Source: a virus
Taxonomy: Duplodnaviria; Heunggongvirae; Uroviricota; Caudoviricetes
DNA length: 64,000 nt
Strand: one strand, 5' to 3'
IMG/VR virus record: IMGVR_UViG_3300002835_005179
Span: 1 to 64,000 of that record
Positions 1-9,649 of the stretch are shown piece after piece; the first letter of the stretch is position 1; every line of letters starts with the position of its first letter. Below the pieces are notes generated by a model. The model saw only the letters and a list, made by a program, of their open reading frames with translations, was not told the DNA's origin and did no database searches. Both the position numbers and the translations under genes were made by a program.

Positions 1-1059
1 ACTGGTGGAGATTATGGATATGTAATATCCAACAATACTGGCGTAGCCAGTAAACGACTTCTTGTTGGCGGATCTACTGTTGAATTTCTAGTTAGCGGCG
101 CAGAAAAAGGCCGTTTTAACTCTGATGGGAAGTTTGGTATTGGAACGACGAGTCCATTAACCACACTACATGTAGGTGCTGTTGCTGCCCTCGACGGCGA
201 TGTCACTCTTAGTGCTGGCACTAACATGGTGTATGCCACTGCTACTAGTGGGGCGGCGCTGACCTGGAATGCAACCACCAATGGTGGATATGCAAACACC
301 ATCATGGCTAGATTACAGCCTCGCCAGGACACTGGCGCAAACTACTGCTTGGATGTATTCTGCGGTACCTGGAACAACAACAACTCTGCTGGCACTGCTA
401 TTGCTACATTCTCAAGTTCTGGCAATGTCGGTATTGGAACGCAAAGTCCATCTAAGAAAGGTTCCGTAGGGACTGCCGGGACGGACGGCTTTGCGATCCA
501 GTATTCCCCCACCTCGCAAGAAGTTTTTTCAGTTACGGCAAACACAGGGACTGGCGAGACAAAATTCTTTTGCGATACCAATTACTTCCAGACGTTCTAC
601 ACGAATAACTCTGAAAAGATGCGTGTTAATACTGATGGATACCTTCTTGTTGGATACGCTTCTTCAAACGGATCATACAAACTCCAGGTTAACTCTCAGA
701 TATTTGCTACTAACGCAACCATCGCTACCTCTGATGGACAATACAAGCAGAACGTTGTTTCGTTGCAGTCTGGTTTGGACGTGATAGAAAAGCTCAATCC
801 AGTCACTTTTAACTGGAAGGATCACGATATTCACAACTTTGAGAGTGGTACTCAGGTTGGCTTCATCGCTCAGGAAGTTAAGGAGGTTCTTGCGGATACT
901 CCGTACCTGGATTCAGTCATCAAGCGCAACGAGCTAAAGCGAGACGATGGATCTGTTGAAGAATTCTACGGCATGGCGGATGCCAAGCTGATCCCCGTAT
1001 TGGTCAAAGCAATTCAAGAACTGAAGGCAGAGATTGACCTTCTGAAAGCAGGAAATTAA
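1..1059 (+). CDS. tail fibre/tailspike protein, 5'-partial, C-terminal intramolecular-chaperone (peptidase S74-like) domain
   Basis: Frame 1 is open from nt 1. Gly/Thr-rich fibre-like sequence. The C-terminus (SDGQYKQNV...GLDVIEKLNPVTFNWKD...GFIAQEVKEVLADTPYL) matches the autoproteolytic chaperone domain of endosialidase and T5 L-shaped fibre. Confidence 0.7.
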   Translation, partial: TGGDYGYVISNNTGVASKRLLVGGSTVEFLVSGAEKGRFNSDGKFGIGTTSPLTTLHVGAVAALDGDVTLSAGTNMVYATATSGAALTWNATTNGGYANTIMARLQPRQDTGANYCLDVFCGTWNNNNSAGTAIATFSSSGNVGIGTQSPSKKGSVGTAGTDGFAIQYSPTSQEVFSVTANTGTGETKFFCDTNYFQTFYTNNSEKMRVNTDGYLLVGYASSNGSYKLQVNSQIFATNATIATSDGQYKQNVVSLQSGLDVIEKLNPVTFNWKDHDIHNFESGTQVGFIAQEVKEVLADTPYLDSVIKRNELKRDDGSVEEFYGMADAKLIPVLVKAIQELKAEIDLLKAGN

Positions 1060-1182
1060 TGGCTATCACATACGATTGGATCTTCAACCCCTTTGATTCA
1101 AGGATCGACTAGATGGATCAAAGAACTTTCTGAACAAAATAAACAGTTATTAGAAGAGATAAATAAATTAAAAGGGTAATAT

Positions 1183-1512
1183 ATGGCAATTAATTTTACG
1201 TGGCAATTCAGCAACTTCAAAGTCAAACCAAGTTTGGATGAACTAGAAGATGTATTGGTTTCCTATGAATGGCGAAGAGGAGCAAAAGATGGAGAGTATT
1301 TTATAGATTGTTATGGTTTATTATCTCTATCAGATCCTGACCGAGATTCTTTTAAAGATTATGAAACTTTAACAAAAGATGATATAATTAACTGGACTAT
1401 TTCCAAATTAACACAAGAAACTGTTGATAATTATGATTTAAGTTTGGTGTCTCAGATTGAAAATTTGAAGAATCCGCCATTAATAACCAAACCCGTTCCT
1501 TGGAGCGAATAA
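1183..1512 (+). CDS. hypothetical protein
   Basis: 109-aa ORF with RBS, lying between the fibre gene and the terminase genes. Confidence 0.4.
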   Translation: MAINFTWQFSNFKVKPSLDELEDVLVSYEWRRGAKDGEYFIDCYGLLSLSDPDRDSFKDYETLTKDDIINWTISKLTQETVDNYDLSLVSQIENLKNPPLITKPVPWSE

Positions 1513-1513
1513 A

Positions 1514-1900
1514 ATGATCGATGATAAATTGAATGAAATCTTCGATATAGAGTCTACACCAAATCAATCAGATATCATTAAAAACGTCCCACCAGTACGA
1601 GAAGATATTGATGAAGATATTGAAGCAGCAAAAAAGATACATCGTGATCTAATGGAAAAATCACAAGATGCTTTAGATAATCTGATTGAATTTGCAAAAG
1701 CATCTGAATCACCACGTGCATATGAAGTTGTTGCCAATCTTATTAAGACGACTTCAGAAGTTGCAAAAACACTAGTAGAAATCAAGAATAAAGAAACAAA
1801 AGCTAAACCAGAAATTCAGAATAATACACAGAATAATCTTTTCGTCGGTTCAACTGCAGAATTACAGAAGTTCTTGAAAGGACAAAAAGAAGATGTTTAA
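1514..1900 (+). CDS. gp16: terminase small subunit (gp16-like)
   Basis: 128-aa charged ORF immediately upstream of the large terminase and overlapping it. The position is syntenic with T4 gene 16. Confidence 0.45.
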   Translation: MIDDKLNEIFDIESTPNQSDIIKNVPPVREDIDEDIEAAKKIHRDLMEKSQDALDNLIEFAKASESPRAYEVVANLIKTTSEVAKTLVEIKNKETKAKPEIQNNTQNNLFVGSTAELQKFLKGQKEDV

Positions 1901-3482
1901 TACAGGTGATAAGAATTATTATCTAAATCCACAAATAAAAAGATCTGGATTATCGGAAGAATACACCACAGAACAGATTCAAGAGTATGTTAAATGTTCA
2001 CAGGATCCAATATACTTTATAGAAAATTATGTAGAGATTAATTCTCTTGATAAAGGATTCGTGAAATTCAAAACACGTGGTTATCAACAAGATCTAATAG
2101 AAAAATACCATAAAAATAAAAAGAATATTGTACTTTCAAGTAGACAGAGTGGAAAAACGATTACTACTGCATCATTCATTCTTTGGTATATATTCTTTAA
2201 TCCTGATAAGAATGTTGCAATTCTAGCAAATAAAGCTGCAGTAGCAAGAGAAATTCTAGCAAGAATAGTTGCTTCTTTCGAACGAATACCATTCTTCTTA
2301 CAACCTGGTGTTAAAATTCTAAATAAAGGTTCTGTAGAATTGGGTAATTCTTCTAGAATAATTGCATCTGCAACTTCAGCATCCGCAATTCGTGGTTTTT
2401 CAGTTTCGTTACTTTATCTAGATGAATTTGGTTTCGTAGATAATGCGGAAGAATTCTTTAGATCAGTTATTCCAACAATTTCATCGGGCGAAACAACAAA
2501 AGTTATTATTTCATCTACACCAAATGGGTTGAATCTTTTCCATAAATTGTGGAAAGATGCTATAGATGGAAATAATGATTATGTACCGACAGAGATAACT
2601 TGGGATCAAGTTCCAGGAAGAGACGAATCTTGGAAGAATCTACAAATTGCGCAACTCGGAGAACATGGATTTAGACAAGAATTCGGAAATGAATTTCTTG
2701 GATCTTCGAATACTCTAATTTCTGGATATAAATTGCAATCTCTAACTTGGGAAAAACCAAAATTAGATTCTGATTCTTTAATTATTTTGGAAGAACCTAT
2801 TCAAAATCATAATTATGTAATTTCAGTAGATTCTTCTAGAGGAGTCGAAAATGATTATTCAGTTGCAATTGTTATCGATACAACACAAATTCCATATAAA
2901 ATAGTTGCAAGATTTAAAGATAATACAACTAGACCAATACTTCTACCGAATATCATTGTTGATTTGGCAAAGAAATATAATATGGCATTTTTGTTAATAG
3001 AAAGAAATACAGTAGGACAAACAGTTGCAGAATCCTGTTATTGGGATTTAGAATATGAAAATATATTCACAACTATTCCAGGAAAATCTGGACAAGAATT
3101 ACGATCATCATTTTCAAAATCAAATAAAATCGGTGTTGAAATGACTTCACAAGTGAAAAGATTGGGTACTTCTATTCTAAAAACGCTTGTTGAAGAAGAT
3201 AAGTTAATTAATTATACAGAAGATATTGTTAATGAATTATATTCATTTATTAATAAACATGGTTCTTGGGGTGGAGAAGCAGGAAAACATGATGATCTTG
3301 TTATGTCTTTAGTGTTGTTTTCTTGGGCGACAAACCAATCTTTCTTTAAAGAAATAACAAATTCTGATTTAAGAAAATCGTTTTTCGATTCACAGGAAGA
3401 ATCTGTAGAAGAAATCTATTCTTTTGCTGGAATTACTACTGGATCTGAAGAAGAAACTGCAGATAATTCTTGGTTAATTTAG
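1893..3482 (+). CDS. gp17: terminase large subunit
   Basis: Walker A (VLSSRQSGKT), Walker B (LLYLDEFGFV) and a C-terminal RNaseH-like nuclease region. Sits 5' of the sheath gene as in T4. Confidence 0.9.
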   Translation: MFNTGDKNYYLNPQIKRSGLSEEYTTEQIQEYVKCSQDPIYFIENYVEINSLDKGFVKFKTRGYQQDLIEKYHKNKKNIVLSSRQSGKTITTASFILWYIFFNPDKNVAILANKAAVAREILARIVASFERIPFFLQPGVKILNKGSVELGNSSRIIASATSASAIRGFSVSLLYLDEFGFVDNAEEFFRSVIPTISSGETTKVIISSTPNGLNLFHKLWKDAIDGNNDYVPTEITWDQVPGRDESWKNLQIAQLGEHGFRQEFGNEFLGSSNTLISGYKLQSLTWEKPKLDSDSLIILEEPIQNHNYVISVDSSRGVENDYSVAIVIDTTQIPYKIVARFKDNTTRPILLPNIIVDLAKKYNMAFLLIERNTVGQTVAESCYWDLEYENIFTTIPGKSGQELRSSFSKSNKIGVEMTSQVKRLGTSILKTLVEEDKLINYTEDIVNELYSFINKHGSWGGEAGKHDDLVMSLVLFSWATNQSFFKEITNSDLRKSFFDSQEESVEEIYSFAGITTGSEEETADNSWLI

Positions 3483-3495
3483 AAAACCCTTTTTT

Positions 3496-3503
3496 TATAA
3501 ATA
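3496..3503 (+). promoter_or_regulatory. T4-type late promoter TATAAATA upstream of the sheath gene
   Basis: Exact TATAAATA about 55 nt upstream of the gp18 start. A gp55 homologue is encoded in this window. Confidence 0.5.
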
Positions 3504-3557
3504 TAACTAGAAATATATATTCGAAAGAATAAAAACCTCTCAACAAGGAGAAAAATA

Positions 3558-5498
3558 ATGGCTTTTCAGCTTAGTCCAGGCGTAAATGTTTCTGAAATCG
3601 ATTTAACAACTACGGTTCCTGCAGTTGCAACTTCAATTGGAGCAATTGCTGGCGCTTTCCAATGGGGCCCAGTTTTAGAAATAAGAACAATTTCTTCAGA
3701 AATTGAATTAATAGATACTTTCTTTAAACCAAATAACACTGTTGCAGATACTTTCTTTTCTGCAGCAAATTTCTTACAATATTCTAATGCTCTAAGAGTT
3801 GTTAGAAATGTTGGTACTGATGCTAGAAATGCAACAAATGGCGCTTCTGGTATTTCCGGATTGACTATTGCAAATGCTGGTGTGTCAAATAATATGGCAC
3901 CAGGAACTTTTGCATTATCATTTACAGGTGCTACTGGAGCAGGTTCTGGTGCTGCTGGTACTGCAACTATATCTTATGGTGCAACAGGAGCAATTGTTTC
4001 TGCAGTAACTCTGACAAATGCAGGATCAGGATATACTTCTGCTCCAACAGTTGGTATTACAGGTGCTACAGGATTTACTACAAATTTCTCTATCACATCA
4101 TCAACTGCAAATACTTTAATTATTAAGAATGAAACTGATTATCAACAAAATTATATTTCTGGTTCAGCTTCAGCTGCTGGTACTTGGACTGCAAAGTATC
4201 CAGGAATCTTAGGAAATTCTCTGAAAGTTTCAATTTGCGACTCTCAAACTTTTTCCAGTTGGACATATAAGAATGCATTTACAGTAACACCAGGAACTTC
4301 TGATTATGTATCTACTCGTGGTGGTTCTAATGACGAATTGCATGTTATTGTTATTGACGAAGATGGTGCGTTTACTGGAACGCCAGGAACAGTATTAGAA
4401 AAATATGCTTTCTTATCAAAAGCTTCTGATGCTAAGACTGAATCCGGAGAAACTAATTATTATGCAAATGTAATCAATACCAAGTCACAATATATCTGGT
4501 GGACTAATCACCCTTCAGTTGGTGTTGATTGGGGTTCTGCCTCAACTGGTATTGCATTCGATCTATCCGGTCCTCTAACTGCTTCATTATCTGCAGGAGT
4601 TGATGCAAATACATTAACTAATGGCGAAATCCAAGCTGGTTATGATCTATTTGCCGATCCAGAAACTATTGACGTAAATCTAATTATTGGTGGATCTTCA
4701 AATACTACTGTCGGAACTTATCTAGTCCAATCTATTGCAGAAAATAGAAAGGATGCTATTGTGTTCTTATCACCAGCCAAATCAGATGTTGTAGATAATA
4801 AAGGACAAGAAGTAACTGACATAACAACAACCAAAAATGCACTACAATTGTCATCATCTTATGCTGTTTTTGATTCTGGTTGGAAGTATCAATACGATAA
4901 GTACAATGATGTATTCCGCTGGGTTCCTCTAAATGCAGATATTGCTGGTCTATGTGCTAGAACCGATCAAACTAACGATCCATGGTTCTCGCCAGCTGGA
5001 TTTAACAGAGGAAATATCAAAAACGTTGTGAAGTTGGCATTCAATCCAGATAAGGCTGATAGAGATGATCTATATAAGATCGGCGTCAATCCTGTGGTAA
5101 CTTTCCCAGGACAAGGCACTATCTTATATGGAGATAAGACTCTTCTTTCTAAGCCTTCTGCTTTCGATAGAATCAATGTTCGTAGATTATTCATTGTTCT
5201 TGAAAAGGCAATTGCAACTGCTTCTAAATTCTCTCTATTTGAATTGAACGACGAATTTACTAGAGCACAATTTATTGGATTAGTTGAACCTTATCTACGA
5301 GATGTGCAAGGTAGAAGAGGAATTATCGATTTCAAGGTTGTGTGTGACGAAACCAATAATACTCCTCAAGTAATTGATTCTAATTCATTCGTTGGTGATA
5401 TCTATATTAAGCCAGCAAGATCTATCAATTTCATTCAATTGAATTTCGTAGCTGTCAGAACTGGCGTGGAATTTTCTGAGATTGTTGGACAATTCTAA
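3558..5498 (+). CDS. gp18: tail sheath protein
   Basis: N-terminus (LSPGVNVSEIDLT...AGAFQWGP...FLQYSNALRVVRNV) and C-terminus (YQYDKYNDVFRWVPLNADIAGLCARTD...FDRINVRRLF...ARSINFIQLNFVA) closely match T4 gp18. Confidence 0.95.
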   Translation: MAFQLSPGVNVSEIDLTTTVPAVATSIGAIAGAFQWGPVLEIRTISSEIELIDTFFKPNNTVADTFFSAANFLQYSNALRVVRNVGTDARNATNGASGISGLTIANAGVSNNMAPGTFALSFTGATGAGSGAAGTATISYGATGAIVSAVTLTNAGSGYTSAPTVGITGATGFTTNFSITSSTANTLIIKNETDYQQNYISGSASAAGTWTAKYPGILGNSLKVSICDSQTFSSWTYKNAFTVTPGTSDYVSTRGGSNDELHVIVIDEDGAFTGTPGTVLEKYAFLSKASDAKTESGETNYYANVINTKSQYIWWTNHPSVGVDWGSASTGIAFDLSGPLTASLSAGVDANTLTNGEIQAGYDLFADPETIDVNLIIGGSSNTTVGTYLVQSIAENRKDAIVFLSPAKSDVVDNKGQEVTDITTTKNALQLSSSYAVFDSGWKYQYDKYNDVFRWVPLNADIAGLCARTDQTNDPWFSPAGFNRGNIKNVVKLAFNPDKADRDDLYKIGVNPVVTFPGQGTILYGDKTLLSKPSAFDRINVRRLFIVLEKAIATASKFSLFELNDEFTRAQFIGLVEPYLRDVQGRRGIIDFKVVCDETNNTPQVIDSNSFVGDIYIKPARSINFIQLNFVAVRTGVEFSEIVGQF

Positions 5499-5502
5499 TG
5501 AT

Positions 5503-5527
5503 GGGAGGAGAAATCCTCCCATTTCTA
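5503..5527 (+). terminator. rho-independent terminator after gp18
   Basis: GGGAGGAG-aaat-CCTCCC hairpin followed by ATTTCT. Confidence 0.5.
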
Positions 5528-5560
5528 ACGAATAAATAAGAATAAAGGATTTAAACACAT

Positions 5561-6073
5561 ATGCCATTTAACTTAACAAATTTCAAAGGAGCGTTTGCTG
5601 CAGAAGGCGCAAGACCTACTCTGTTTGAAGCAGATGTTTTTGGAGGAGGGATTGGTCCAGACTTCAAATTCCATTGCAAGGCGGCACAATTACCAGGAAA
5701 GACAATAGGAATTGTTGAAGTTCCTTATTTTGGTAGAAAAATTAAGGTAGCTGGTGATCAAACGTTCGCAGAATGGACTGTAACTGTGATGAATGAAGAA
5801 ACATTCAATGTCAGAAACGCATTCGAAAGATGGATGAGTGGAATTAATGCTCATGTTAGAAACGTGAAAACTGATGGTGGTTATAAAACAACTACAGCTC
5901 AAGTTCGTCAATATTCAAAAGAAGGAACTGTATTAAAGAGATATAATTTCGTCGGAATATGGCCTTCTGATATTGCACCAATAGATGTTTCTTGGGAATC
6001 TAATGATACAATTGAAGAATTTACAGTAACTCTTCAATATGATTGGTGGGAATCAGTTCCTAATATTAATTAA
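5561..6073 (+). CDS. gp19: tail tube protein
   Basis: 170-aa ORF directly after the sheath gene. Size and position match T4 gp19. Confidence 0.65.
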   Translation: MPFNLTNFKGAFAAEGARPTLFEADVFGGGIGPDFKFHCKAAQLPGKTIGIVEVPYFGRKIKVAGDQTFAEWTVTVMNEETFNVRNAFERWMSGINAHVRNVKTDGGYKTTTAQVRQYSKEGTVLKRYNFVGIWPSDIAPIDVSWESNDTIEEFTVTLQYDWWESVPNIN

Positions 6074-6084
6074 GGATTCACTGA

Positions 6085-7695
6085 ATGTTTGATTTTTTTG
6101 GTTTTACTATCAAGAGAAAAGGTCCGGAAGAGGAGAAAGAATTACTTTCTCCTGTTCCACCACAATCTGACGACGAAGCTACTATAGTAACTTCTAGTGG
6201 TGGTTTCGTCAACACATCGTTTAATACGGAGTTTTCTTCTTCAGATAAGAGAGTTCTGATAAACAAATATAGAGAACTTTCTCTTATGCCAGAAATCGAA
6301 TCGGCAATTGATGAAATCGTTAACGAAGCAATTGTTACCGGAGACCCAGAATCTCCGGTCGGAGTTATTTTAGACCGTCTTCCTTTTTCAGAAGATATTA
6401 AAGAAGTAATACAAGACGAATTTTCTGCAGTCTTGAATCTACTTGATTTCAATGAAAATGCTTACGAAATATTCAAAAGATGGTATATAGATGGAAGATT
6501 ATTCTTTTCAGTTGTAATTGATTCGAAGAATACAAAAGATGGTATTCAAGAACTAAGATATATTGATCCAAGAGAAATTGAAAAGATCAGAGAAGTGAAA
6601 GAAGAATTTTCTAAGCGTGGTGTGAAGTTACAAAAGACTGTACAAGAATATTATTTTTATAAAAACGATATTAAGTTACCTGCAGATTCAGTAGCATATT
6701 GTAACTCAGGATTGATTGATTATAAAAATAAAGCAACAGTAATTTCGTACTTACACAAATCAATTAAACCGTACAATCAATTGAGAATGTTAGAAGATGC
6801 TACTGTAATCTACAGGTTAGCAAGAGCTCCTGAAAGAAGAGTCTTCAAGATTGGAACTGGTGGGCTTCCAAAAATTAAAGCAGAACAATATGTAAATTCA
6901 TTGATGAATAAGTTCAGAAATAAGATTGTATATGATCAAGCAACAGGAGATCTCAGAGACGATTCAAGAACTCTATCCGTTCTTGAAGATTTCTGGATTC
7001 CAGTTGGAGAAGATGGTAAGACAACAGACATCTCTACTCTACCTGGTGGACAAAATCTCGGTGAAATGGGAGATGTGGAATACTTCCGCAAGAAATTATA
7101 TAATGCCCTACATGTCCCAATCACTAGAATTTCAGAAGGATCTACATTCAATACAGGTAGATCTGCAGAAATAGATAGAGAAGAAGTTAAGTTTAACAAA
7201 TTTATTAAAAGATTAAGAGTGAGATTCTCTTCTATCTTCACAGATCTTCTGAGAACTCAGTTAATTCTAAAGAATATTATAACTACTGAAGAATGGGATA
7301 CTTATGTGAAGAACAATATTTATTATGACTTCAGAAAAGATTCTCACTTCGCAGAATATAATGAAGCTGAAATCATGTCTAGAAGAATGGAATTGGCCTC
7401 ATCTGCAATAAGTTTAGGTGATAATTATTTCTCTGAAGATTATATTAAGAAACACTTCTTGAAGTTATCTGATGAAGAATTGAAGGAAATGGAAACAGAT
7501 AAAGAATCTGTTCCTGATGAAGAGACTCCTGTAGAACCTGAGATGGATCTAGGAATGTCGGACCTTGGTAATCCTTCTCCTGAAGAACTTCCACCATTAG
7601 AAACTCCAGAGATTTCTAACATTGAATTACCTCAACAAAATCCCTCAACAATTATAAATAAGAAAGGGAAAGAAAATGAACCTAGAAAATTTTAA
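6085..7695 (+). CDS. gp20: portal vertex protein
   Basis: 536-aa ORF after the tube gene, with an acidic C-terminal tail. Size and synteny match T4 gp20. Confidence 0.75.
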   Translation: MFDFFGFTIKRKGPEEEKELLSPVPPQSDDEATIVTSSGGFVNTSFNTEFSSSDKRVLINKYRELSLMPEIESAIDEIVNEAIVTGDPESPVGVILDRLPFSEDIKEVIQDEFSAVLNLLDFNENAYEIFKRWYIDGRLFFSVVIDSKNTKDGIQELRYIDPREIEKIREVKEEFSKRGVKLQKTVQEYYFYKNDIKLPADSVAYCNSGLIDYKNKATVISYLHKSIKPYNQLRMLEDATVIYRLARAPERRVFKIGTGGLPKIKAEQYVNSLMNKFRNKIVYDQATGDLRDDSRTLSVLEDFWIPVGEDGKTTDISTLPGGQNLGEMGDVEYFRKKLYNALHVPITRISEGSTFNTGRSAEIDREEVKFNKFIKRLRVRFSSIFTDLLRTQLILKNIITTEEWDTYVKNNIYYDFRKDSHFAEYNEAEIMSRRMELASSAISLGDNYFSEDYIKKHFLKLSDEELKEMETDKESVPDEETPVEPEMDLGMSDLGNPSPEELPPLETPEISNIELPQQNPSTIINKKGKENEPRKF

Positions 7696-8068
7696 GCAAG
7701 CATATGTAAAGACAATATCGGAATCAACAGATGATTCGGATCTCACGAATTATATCAGATCTATTGTAGAAGAAGCGGTAACTGAAGGCAAACTATCTAG
7801 TTTAGCGAAAACGGCGGTCGGACGTTTAGGGAAAATGGCTGGGATTGGATCAAAAAACGAACCAAATTTTGGCTTCAAACCAAAAGACAAAGTTGGTACT
7901 CCAAAAGAACAAGAACAAGCCATGGAACAATTAGATAATATTAGAAATTATTTTATGGAGATAGATGATTTACTAAGAATATTAGATACCAAAATCAAGA
8001 ATGAATACATTGATGACTTTATTGATGAATTCAATGAGTTACTCGTAGATCTTAAATCATTAAAATAA
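7676..8068 (+). CDS. prohead-core/internal protein candidate with capsid-targeting-like N-terminus
   Basis: 130 aa. N-terminus MNLENFKQAYVKTISE is paralogous to the N-terminus of ORF 13070 and contains a (L/I)xE gp21-type cleavage motif. Lies between portal and protease, like T4 gp67/gp68. Confidence 0.4.
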   Translation: MNLENFKQAYVKTISESTDDSDLTNYIRSIVEEAVTEGKLSSLAKTAVGRLGKMAGIGSKNEPNFGFKPKDKVGTPKEQEQAMEQLDNIRNYFMEIDDLLRILDTKIKNEYIDDFIDEFNELLVDLKSLK

Positions 8069-8084
8069 AATAGAGTATAATATT

Positions 8085-8108
8085 GTGAGGCTCCTGCAGG
8101 AGCCTCAC
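8085..8108. promoter_or_regulatory. perfect 24-nt GC-rich palindrome (RNA hairpin/terminator-like)
   Basis: GTGAGGCTCC-TGCA-GGAGCCTCAC sits in an otherwise AT-rich spacer. No U-tract follows. Confidence 0.4.
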
Positions 8109-8126
8109 ACGGAGATCGAGGATTAT

Positions 8127-8282
8127 ATGACACAAACCGAAAGAACAAAAATTGAAACCATTATTAATTATTGCAAAGAAGATAATCCGCAAGCAATAAA
8201 ACCACTAATGAACTCTTTAATTGCTAGTAGAATTTCTCATTTATTAGATCAAAAGAGAGATCAAATTAAGAAAGAGATATAA
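8127..8282 (+). CDS. small hypothetical protein
   Basis: ATG preceded by GAGG. The track ORF 8085..8282 begins inside the palindrome, so the downstream ATG is the more likely start. Confidence 0.3.
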   Translation: MTQTERTKIETIINYCKEDNPQAIKPLMNSLIASRISHLLDQKRDQIKKEI

Positions 8283-8285
8283 TAA

Positions 8286-8705
8286 ATGGCGACAACAACT
8301 ATCTTAAGACAAGACGAAAATTCTGCAGTTGTTACTATTTCTGGTGCTGGAGCAGAAACTCTAGCATTCGTTTTACATCCAGGTGGTGCAACAGGTCCAA
8401 TCGGCGCCACTGGTTTCGCTGGAACAACAGGCGTTGGAATTGTTTCTTTAGAAAAGATAGATTGGTCTATCACAGGAACTAACAAAATCTCATTATATTT
8501 CAACGGATCAACTGATCAATTGATTGGTCATTATGATGGATCTGGTAGAATTGATTATTATAGAGATTATCAAACTAAGATTACTAATATCGCCCCAGCC
8601 ACAGATTCAACAATCTTATTAACTTCTACTACATCCGATCCATATGTTCTTGTTATGAAACTAGAAAAAACATCGGGATTTGTTAAGGTTGGACAATACT
8701 CTTAA
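8286..8705 (+). CDS. hypothetical head-associated protein with GATG collagen-like motifs
   Basis: 139 aa containing GGATGPIGATGFAGTTG, inside the head gene cluster. Confidence 0.35.
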   Translation: MATTTILRQDENSAVVTISGAGAETLAFVLHPGGATGPIGATGFAGTTGVGIVSLEKIDWSITGTNKISLYFNGSTDQLIGHYDGSGRIDYYRDYQTKITNIAPATDSTILLTSTTSDPYVLVMKLEKTSGFVKVGQYS

Positions 8706-8974
8706 TGCTTAACGAAAAAACAGTTAAGATGGGTCAGAAAATCCGCTACGATAGGGTTCGTGGCGGTAAGATTCAACGTAAGAAGATTAAATCTGCTAAA
8801 GCAGGATATAGAGTTTCTGGTAAAAAATTAGTTAGAATGAATCCCGCTGAAAAAAGAAAACGAGCAATATCTGCTAGAAAAGCGTCAAGAAAAAGAGCAG
8901 CAAAATTATCATCAATCTTAAAGAAAAGAAAGATCTCAATTAAAAAAGGTAAAAGAGCAGGAATATACAAATGA
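8705..8974 (+). CDS. highly basic small protein (Lys/Arg-rich, DNA-binding or internal-protein candidate)
   Basis: 89 aa, more than 35% K+R, immediately upstream of the gp21 protease. Confidence 0.45.
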   Translation: MLNEKTVKMGQKIRYDRVRGGKIQRKKIKSAKAGYRVSGKKLVRMNPAEKRKRAISARKASRKRAAKLSSILKKRKISIKKGKRAGIYK

Positions 8975-9612
8975 AACTATTAACAGAAGTAAATGAATTC
9001 ATAAAAATTGTTTCAGAATCTGCTGAAGGTAAACCAAAAGATTATTTTATTGAAGGTATTTTCATCCAATGCGAGAAGCCAAATAGAAATAATAGAGTAT
9101 ATAAGATGGAATATATGCAACCAGAAGTAGATCGTTATGTTGAAGAATACGTCAACAAGAATAGAGCTTTTGGTGAATTAGGTCATCCAGATAATCCTAC
9201 AATTAATCTAGATAGAGTATCGCATCTTATTACTGTTCTAGAACAAAAAGGTAATGATTATATCGGTAAAGCAAAAGTTCTAGATACACCAAACGGAAAG
9301 ATTGTTAAAGCATTTATCGATGGTGGTTGTATGTTAGGTGTTTCTACTAGAGGATTAGGTTCTCTTCAACAAGAAAAGTCTTTTTCTATGGTTCAACCAG
9401 ATTACAAAATTATGACTGCCGCAGATATTGTTGCTGATCCATCTGCGCACGAAGCATTTGTGGAAGCTGTTATGGAATCAAAAGAATGGGTTTGGAATAA
9501 TGGAATTGTGAAGGAAGTAACTATTGATTCATATAAGAAGAAGCTAACAACATCAAAAAGATTACAAGAAGATAAGATTGCCATTTTTACAGACTTTCTT
9601 TCGAGATTGTAA
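8971..9612 (+). CDS. gp21: prohead core protease
   Basis: 213 aa with GELGHPD and GVSTRGLGS motifs of the T4 gp21 (peptidase U9) family. Size and position are as in T4. Confidence 0.85.
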   Translation: MKLLTEVNEFIKIVSESAEGKPKDYFIEGIFIQCEKPNRNNRVYKMEYMQPEVDRYVEEYVNKNRAFGELGHPDNPTINLDRVSHLITVLEQKGNDYIGKAKVLDTPNGKIVKAFIDGGCMLGVSTRGLGSLQQEKSFSMVQPDYKIMTAADIVADPSAHEAFVEAVMESKEWVWNNGIVKEVTIDSYKKKLTTSKRLQEDKIAIFTDFLSRL

Positions 9613-9649
9613 ATTTAATAAATAAATTAAGAATATAGGAGAATAATTA

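Noticed and set aside
4967-7622. Antisense and embedded small ORFs inside gp18, gp19 and gp20 (for example 4967-5194, 5690-5911, 6078-6452, 6936-7241)
   Set aside because: They are fully contained within well-supported large genes on the opposite strand or in another frame, and they lack RBS. They are typical spurious ORFs.
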